DNA of 64,000 nucleotides, taken from Solirubrobacterales bacterium (GTDB lineage Bacteria; Actinomycetota; Thermoleophilia; Solirubrobacterales; 70-9). A program made the position numbers and the translations under genes. The stretch is from contig OZ241364.1 of NCBI GenBank assembly GCA_965200635.1, forward strand, positions 990,094-1,054,093. Direction: 5' to 3'. The number at the start of each line of letters is the position of its first letter. The first letter of the stretch is position 1. The notes under the pieces are model-generated. The model saw nothing but the letters and a program-made list of their open reading frames with translations, made no database searches and was not told where the DNA came from. Below, in pieces: positions 58,406 to 64,000 of this stretch.

Positions 58406-60172
58406 ATGCCCGCCTACCCCCGCAAACTCCGCGCGGTCGCCGCCGCCGGCGTCCTCACCGTCGCCCTCGCGTTGCCGATCGGCGTCGCCGCGGCGGCGGA
58501 AAACGGGGAACCGACGCACGGCGCGACGCTGGGCGGGTCGACGCAGGTCAGTCCGTTGGCGCCCGCGACCGAAGCCAGGGAAGCGCCAGAAGCGCCGACC
58601 GAAGAAGTCGCGCCCGAAGAAAGCGCCCCCAAGGAAAGCGTCACCGAAAACACTCCGCTCGTCCCCGAAGCGATCCGCCATCCGCAGATCCCGCCCGCCT
58701 CCGGCGGCACCGCCGCCGGAGAAGAAGAACCGACCAAGGGCGAAGAAGAACTGGCGGAAGCCGGGACCGAAGAAGAAGCCGACGAAGCGGCGAGACGCGC
58801 CGGCGAAGAAGCCGGGACCAACCTCCCGGCGCCCGTGCTCCAGATCCCGTCGCTGACCGCCTCGGCGTGCGCGACCACCGCGGTGCCGCCGCAGCTGATC
58901 CCGATCTACCAGCGGGCATCGGCGGCCTACGCGCTCGGGCCGCAGGGCCCCGCGGTCCTCGCCGGCATCAACGCCGTGGAGACCGCCTTCGGAACGAACC
59001 TCGGCCCGTCCTCGGCCGGGGCGGTCGGCTGGATGCAGTTCATGCCCGCCACCTGGTCCGAATACGGGGTCGACGCGAACGGCGACGGGGTGGCGGACCC
59101 GAACGATCCCGAAGACGCGATCTTCGCCGCCGCCCGCTATCTCTCGGCGGCCGGGATGCCCACCGACACCTACGGCGCGATCTTCGCCTACAACCACGCC
59201 GACTGGTACGTCTCCGAGGTCCTTGCCAACGCCGGTTGCTATGCCTCCGAAATCGGCGACACCGCCTTCACCGCCGCGGGGCTCAGTCCCCAGATCGAAG
59301 TGCTGCGCTGCGAAGCCGCGCCGGGATGGAAGGGGCAGATCCCGGCGGAATACCTGGAAGCCTTCGAGGACGCGGCGGCGCGCTACGAACTCGGGCAGCG
59401 GGGTGTGTGGGCGCTGGCGGCGATCTCCCGCCTCGAGTCGAACTTCGGTCGCGGCATGGACACCGAGGAACTCGAAGAAGCCGGGCCGCTGGGCCTCGAA
59501 GCCTCGGAGTGGAGCCGGTTCCGCGTCGACGGCGACGACGACGGCCACATCGAACACGCCGACGTCTTCGACTCCGCCGCCACCCTCGCCCGGGAGATCT
59601 GGTCGAAGGGCTCCCTCGAAGCCGGCGTCTTCGCCCACAACCAGGCCGAGTGGTACGTCGAGGAGGTCCTCGCCGACGCCGGCGAGATCGAAGGTGGCTG
59701 CAAGGTCCACCACGTCGACTGGCGCGTCGCACCGCTGGCGGCCGAATCCCAGGTGACCGGCGCCGAAGCGGTGATCCAGCCGAACGGCCTCGCCGCCGCG
59801 CCCGCGAGCGCGCCGCCCGCGATCAAGGCCGCGATCGCCGCCGCCAACTCGATCGCCACCACCCCCTATGTCTGGGGCGGAGGCCACGCCTCCTTCTACA
59901 GCTACGGCTACGACTGCTCGGGCGCGGTCAGCTTCGCCCTCTACGGCGCGGGACTCCTCGACACGCCGCTCACCTCGGGATCGCTCGAGAGCTACGGCGA
60001 AGCCGGTCCCGGCAAGTGGATCACGATCTACGCCAACGCGACCCATACCTACATGACGATCGCGGGCCTGCGCTGGGACACGGTCGGCGACGCGAGCGGC
60101 ACCGGCCCGCGCTGGCACGCCGAACCGCCCTACCCCGAAGGCTTCGTGGTGCGCCACCCCGCGGGGTACTAG
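58406..60172 (+). CDS. secreted cell-wall hydrolase: lytic-transglycosylase-like region(s) plus C-terminal NlpC/P60 peptidase
   Basis: Signal peptide. GWMQFMPATWSEYGVDANGDGVADPNDPEDAIFAAARYL. YVWGGGH...GYDCSGAVSFALYGAG. Confidence 0.75.
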   Translation: MPAYPRKLRAVAAAGVLTVALALPIGVAAAAENGEPTHGATLGGSTQVSPLAPATEAREAPEAPTEEVAPEESAPKESVTENTPLVPEAIRHPQIPPASGGTAAGEEEPTKGEEELAEAGTEEEADEAARRAGEEAGTNLPAPVLQIPSLTASACATTAVPPQLIPIYQRASAAYALGPQGPAVLAGINAVETAFGTNLGPSSAGAVGWMQFMPATWSEYGVDANGDGVADPNDPEDAIFAAARYLSAAGMPTDTYGAIFAYNHADWYVSEVLANAGCYASEIGDTAFTAAGLSPQIEVLRCEAAPGWKGQIPAEYLEAFEDAAARYELGQRGVWALAAISRLESNFGRGMDTEELEEAGPLGLEASEWSRFRVDGDDDGHIEHADVFDSAATLAREIWSKGSLEAGVFAHNQAEWYVEEVLADAGEIEGGCKVHHVDWRVAPLAAESQVTGAEAVIQPNGLAAAPASAPPAIKAAIAAANSIATTPYVWGGGHASFYSYGYDCSGAVSFALYGAGLLDTPLTSGSLESYGEAGPGKWITIYANATHTYMTIAGLRWDTVGDASGTGPRWHAEPPYPEGFVVRHPAGY

Positions 60173-60236
60173 TACGGCCCGTCCCCGGGTAGTGGCCGAG
60201 TGAGCTGAGGGCTACTAGGATTCCAAGGGAGGAACC

Positions 60237-60512
60237 ATGCCGACTTTTGTGATGCTGACCAACCTGACCGCCGAGGGCCTGCGGACCCTGAAGAACAACC
60301 CGGGCCGGACGACCGAGGTGAACAAGGAGGTCGAGCAGATGGGCGGCACCGTCGTCGCCCAGTACGCGACGCTCGGCGAGTACGACTTCGTCACGGTGAT
60401 CGAGGCCCCGGACGAGCGGACGATGGCGAAGATCTCGGTGGAGCTCGGGTCCCGCGGCACGATGACCAGCCGCACGCTGACCGCGATGCCCGCCTCGGAC
60501 CTCACTTCTTGA
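60237..60512 (+). CDS. GYD-domain protein
   Basis: [11 protein letters not shown]...[15 protein letters not shown]. Confidence 0.8.
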   Translation: MPTFVMLTNLTAEGLRTLKNNPGRTTEVNKEVEQMGGTVVAQYATLGEYDFVTVIEAPDERTMAKISVELGSRGTMTSRTLTAMPASDLTS

Positions 60513-61789
60513 AGGCACTCGTAATCGGCAGTGGCGGACGCGAGCACGCGATCGTCCGGGCGCTGCGGCGCTCGCCCTCGGCGCCGGAGGTGCTCTGCGC
60601 GCCGGGCAACGCGGGGATCGCGGCGGACGCCGCATGTTTTCGCGAGGTCGGGGTCGAGGATGTCGAGGCGATCGTCGCGCTGGCGACGGAGCAGGGCGTC
60701 GACCTGGCGGTGATCGGTCCCGAGGCGTCGCTGGTCGTCGGCGTCGTCGACGCCCTCGAGGCGGCCGGGGTCCCGGCCTTCGGCCCGAGCCGCGCGGCGG
60801 CCGAGCTGGAGGGCTCGAAGGCGTTCGCCAAGGAGCTGATGGCGGCGGCCGGCGTGCCGACGGCCTCCCACGTCCTGCTCCGAGACCGCGAGGAGGCCGA
60901 TGCCGCGCTCGCCGCGACCGCCTACCCGACCGTGCTGAAGGCCGACGGCCTCGCCGCGGGCAAGGGCGTGATCCTCTGCGCCGACGAGGCCGAGGCGCGC
61001 GGCGCCCTCGACGTCTACTTCACCGAGCGCCGGTTCGGCGCGACCGCGGTCGTGATGGAGGAGTTCCTCGAGGGCGAAGAGCTCTCGCTGCTGGCTCTCT
61101 GCGACGGGGAGAACGTCGTCCCCCTCTCCCCTGCCCAGGACTACAAGCGGATCTTCGACGGCGACGAGGGGACGAACACGGGCGGCATGGGCAGCTACTC
61201 GCCGGTCCCCGGGCTGGCGGGCGCGGACGAGGTCTCCGAGATCGTCGACTCCGTGCACCGGCCGATCGTCGCGGCGATGGCCGAGCGCGGCACTCCCTTC
61301 CACGGCGTCCTCTACGCCGGCCTGATGATGACCGCCGACGGCCCCAAGGTGATCGAGTTCAACGTCCGCTTCGGCGACCCCGAGACGCAGGCGGTGCTGC
61401 CGCGGCTGCGCTCCGACATCGTCGGCCTCTTCCGCGCCGCGCGCGAGCCGGGCGGGCTCGCCGGGATGAGCGCCGAGTTCGACGACGACTGGGCGGTGAC
61501 CGTGGTCCTCGCCTCGGCCGGTTATCCGGAGAGCTCCTCGAAGGGCGACGCGATCCACGGGCTGGACGACGCTGCCGCGGTCGCCGAGGTGACCCACGCC
61601 GGCACCGCGGCGCGCGACGGCGAGATCGTCACCGCCGGTGGCCGCGTCCTGAACGTGACGGGGCTCGGCCCCGACCCGGCCGCTGCCCGCGATCGCGCCT
61701 ACGATGCGGCAGGCCGCATCTCCTTCGAGGGGATGCAGGTCCGCACCGACATCGCTGCCCGCGCGGTCGCCCGCGTCCCAAGTTCCTGA
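60509..61789 (+). CDS. purD: phosphoribosylamine--glycine ligase
   Basis: [16 protein letters not shown]-grasp, [15 protein letters not shown] start overlaps the preceding stop. Confidence 0.95.
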   Translation: MKALVIGSGGREHAIVRALRRSPSAPEVLCAPGNAGIAADAACFREVGVEDVEAIVALATEQGVDLAVIGPEASLVVGVVDALEAAGVPAFGPSRAAAELEGSKAFAKELMAAAGVPTASHVLLRDREEADAALAATAYPTVLKADGLAAGKGVILCADEAEARGALDVYFTERRFGATAVVMEEFLEGEELSLLALCDGENVVPLSPAQDYKRIFDGDEGTNTGGMGSYSPVPGLAGADEVSEIVDSVHRPIVAAMAERGTPFHGVLYAGLMMTADGPKVIEFNVRFGDPETQAVLPRLRSDIVGLFRAAREPGGLAGMSAEFDDDWAVTVVLASAGYPESSSKGDAIHGLDDAAAVAEVTHAGTAARDGEIVTAGGRVLNVTGLGPDPAAARDRAYDAAGRISFEGMQVRTDIAARAVARVPSS

Positions 61790-61814
61790 TCAACCTCCCG
61801 ATAGGAGTGCCCCG

Positions 61815-62315
61815 ATGAGCGACATCGCCGACCCGAATCAGCCCGAGGTGGGCACCGCCGAGCTACCGGAGCCCGACCCCGAGGTCGAGGCCAAGCTCGA
61901 GCAGATCGAGGAGAACTTCGCCGCCACCGGCCCACTGGTCGGGATCGTCGTCGGCACCGACGAGGACCTGGCGCGAATGTTGCCCGCGGAGGAGTACCTC
62001 TCCGAACAGAGCATCGCCTCCGAGATCCGGGTGACGGACTCCCCCGGCGAGGTCGGTACTTACTGCGAGGGCGCGCGGGCCTCAGGGCTGAAGGTGATCG
62101 TCGTCGGCGCGGCGATGAGCACGGCGCTGCCCGGGGTCGCCGCCGCCCACACCGACCTGCCGGTGATCGGAGTGCCGCTGGTCGGCGAGGGGCTCGACTC
62201 CGCCGACGCGCTGCTGGCGGCGGTGCAGGTGCCCGCTGCGACGCCGGTCGCCTGCGTGGCGGTGGACGGCGCCGAAAGCGCCGGCGTGCTCGCGGCACGG
62301 ATAATCAACGCATGA
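61815..62315 (+). CDS. PurE-fold paralog lacking the catalytic motifs (pseudo-enzyme?)
   Basis: Collinear with PurE (VGIVVGTDEDL..., LKVIVVGAAMSTALPGVAAAHTDLPVIGVP..., VACVAVDGAESAGVLAARI), but SAHR is replaced by VTDS and GGAAHLPG by AMSTALPG. Confidence 0.65.
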   Translation: MSDIADPNQPEVGTAELPEPDPEVEAKLEQIEENFAATGPLVGIVVGTDEDLARMLPAEEYLSEQSIASEIRVTDSPGEVGTYCEGARASGLKVIVVGAAMSTALPGVAAAHTDLPVIGVPLVGEGLDSADALLAAVQVPAATPVACVAVDGAESAGVLAARIINA

Positions 62316-63598
62316 TCCCGCGCTACACCCGCCCCGAGATCGGGGCCGTCTGGACCCAGCAGGCGAAGCTCGAGACCTGGCTCGAGGTCGAGCTGGCGGC
62401 GACCGAGGCCTGGGCGGTGGAGGGCGTCGTTCCCGCCGAGGTGGCGACGGTGGCGCGCGAGCGGGCGAGCTTCACGGTCGAGGCGGTCGACGAGCGGGAG
62501 AAGATCACCGACCACGACATGGCGGCGTTCGTCGACGTGGTTGCCGCCTCGGTCGGGCCCGAGGGTGCCCAGTGGCTCCACTACGGGCTGACCTCCTCCG
62601 ACGTGCTCGACACGGCGCTGGCGCTGCAGCTGAAACGTGCGGGCGCGATCCTGGTGAAGGGCGCAAGGGAGTACCGCGACGCGCTGATCGACCGTGCCCT
62701 GGCGGAGCGCGACACGCTTTGCGTCGGGCGGACCCACGGCGTGCACGCCGAGCCGACCACCTTCGGGCTGCGCCTGGCGGGCTTCGCCTTCGAGGCCGAC
62801 CGCAACCTCGATCGGCTCGAAGAGGCGTTCGCCGACCTCGCCTACGGCAAGCTCTCCGGCGCCGTCGGGACCTACGCCTCGGTGCCGCCCGCGGTCGAGG
62901 CGCGGGTGATGGAGAAGCTCGGCCTCGGGATCGAGCCGGTCGCCACCCAGGTCATCCCGCGCGACCGCCACGCCGAGCTGACCGCGACGATCGCGCTGGC
63001 CGGAGCCGGCCTCGAGCGCTTCGCCACCGAGGTCCGCAACCTGCAGAAAACCGAGGTGCGCGAGGTCGAGGAGCCGTTCCGCGCCGGCCAGAAGGGCTCC
63101 TCGGCGATGCCCCACAAGCGCAACCCGATCCGCACCGAGCGGATCACCGGTCTGGCCCGCGTCCTGCGCGGCTACGCCCAGACCGGCTTCGAGGACGTCG
63201 CCCTCTGGCACGAGCGCGACATCTCCCACTCCGGCGCCGAGCGGGTGATCCTCCCCGACTCGACCATCGTCCTCGACTACATGGAGGGCCTGGCGACGGG
63301 CGTCGCCTCCGGCATGACCCTCCACCGCGAGCGCATGCGCGCCAACCTCGACATCACCCACGGCGCCCTCTTCAGCCAACGCGCCCTCACCGCCCTGGTC
63401 GAGTCCGGCATGTCCCGCGATGATGCCTACCGCGTCGTCCAGGAGAACGCCCAGAAGGCCTGGGACACCGGCACCGAATTCCGCGACCTCCTGGGCCAGG
63501 CCGCCCCGGACCTCGACCTCGACGCGGTCTTCGACTACGGCGCGTACCTGACGCACGTGCCGGAGATCCTCGGAAGGTTGGAAGCGCTTCGGGGGTAG
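62312..63598 (+). CDS. purB: adenylosuccinate lyase
   Basis: MIPRYTRPE..., fumarate-lyase signature GSSAMPHKRNP. Confidence 0.95.
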   Translation: MIPRYTRPEIGAVWTQQAKLETWLEVELAATEAWAVEGVVPAEVATVARERASFTVEAVDEREKITDHDMAAFVDVVAASVGPEGAQWLHYGLTSSDVLDTALALQLKRAGAILVKGAREYRDALIDRALAERDTLCVGRTHGVHAEPTTFGLRLAGFAFEADRNLDRLEEAFADLAYGKLSGAVGTYASVPPAVEARVMEKLGLGIEPVATQVIPRDRHAELTATIALAGAGLERFATEVRNLQKTEVREVEEPFRAGQKGSSAMPHKRNPIRTERITGLARVLRGYAQTGFEDVALWHERDISHSGAERVILPDSTIVLDYMEGLATGVASGMTLHRERMRANLDITHGALFSQRALTALVESGMSRDDAYRVVQENAQKAWDTGTEFRDLLGQAAPDLDLDAVFDYGAYLTHVPEILGRLEALRG

Positions 63599-63643
63599 GA
63601 GGGTCCGGGCCCGGGGAAGCTGGCGCCCGGGGAAAGGGACGCT

Positions 63644-63691
63644 GCCCTCTCGGCGGCGGCCCTGGCAGGCTGTGGCCGCCGCCGAGAGGGC
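63644..63691 (+). repeat. conserved-loop hairpin (CLH-3) about 46 nt after the purB stop
   Basis: 18-bp stem GCCCTCTCGGCGGCGGCC/GGCCGCCGCCGAGAGGGC, loop CTGGCAGGCTGT. Confidence 0.75.
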
Positions 63692-63802
63692 GGGTCTGTG
63701 AGGAGTGTCGGATCCGGGGAGGGTTCGCGACGCGGAACGCACGAGAGTCCCACGAGGACGTGACGAGACTCGCAAGTCGTGAGGGAGAACGTGAGGAGTC
63801 CA

Positions 63803-63880
63803 CGCTTCCGTGCGTGTTGGACAACAGTCAATTCAGCGCTGCGTGCATTGACCCCCCTATAGGGGCCCTAATACACGCAG
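63803..63880 (+). repeat. nested 78-nt module N78, copy 3
   Basis: Two substitutions relative to 4902-4979 (ATTCAGCGCT versus ATTCGTCGCT). Confidence 0.8.
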
Positions 63881-64000
63881 CGCGTTTTCGGGCTCCTCTT
63901 CGAGGCCCGAAAACGGACCGAAGATGCGCGGGAGGGTGACGTTCCCGGCATCTCCCTCACGGAATGCAGGCAGGTGAGGCTTCTCTCGCACGGACCTCCG

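Larger units (their letters stand above)
63616..64000 (+). repeat. composite intergenic repeat IGR-A, copy 4 (cut by the window end)
   Basis: Starts 18 nt after the purB stop with GAAGCTGGCGCCCGGGGAAAGGGACGC, as in copies 1 and 3. Confidence 0.85.

Overview
High-GC chromosome segment of actinobacterial type. Ino1 plus a PIP-synthase, a dnaK-grpE-dnaJ-hspR heat-shock locus and a DesA3-like desaturase with its reductase all point to Actinomycetota; the exact taxon cannot be determined from this window. All calls come from reading the ORF translations for motifs and from by-eye alignment. No BLAST, HMM, tRNAscan or GC computation was run.

Layout:
- 0-11.1 kb: core genes. Secreted repeat protein, MerR regulator, reductase plus fatty-acid desaturase, ArsR-DUF899-SRPBCC operon, HU, purK-purE.
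- About 11.1-33.06 kb: an accessory island that looks AT-richer. It ends at an atypical tRNA-Glu(UUC) next to a decayed tyrosine integrase.
- 33-64 kb: core genes. SDR, lysS, prmC, lgt, argF, rlmD-like, ino1-pgsA-PAP2, nth, cytochrome c, dnaK-grpE-dnaJ-hspR-clpB, cell-wall hydrolase, purD, PurE-like, purB.

Island contents:
- A putative HNH restriction-like nuclease.
- A complete His-Xaa-Ser system (HxsA/D/B/C: radical-SAM pair plus HxS-repeat substrate).
- Decaying cassettes.
- A seven-gene, same-strand defence block. It consists of an ABC-3C-like triad (Rad50/SMC-like ABC ATPase, small middle protein, PD-(D/E)XK effector), an alpha-class amino-methyltransferase, and a GHKL(MORC-like) ATPase / PD-(D/E)XK protein / Z1 SF2-helicase module.

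Non-genic structures that stand out:
- A 0.4-kb composite intergenic repeat in four copies.
- A 78-nt palindromic module nested in three of those four copies.
- Three gene-3'-end hairpins with a conserved 12-nt loop and covarying stems.
- Four degenerate tRNA-Glu-like hairpin repeats that separate the modules of the island.

Most long ORFs in the track that lie antisense to recognised genes are high-GC shadow ORFs and were not called.
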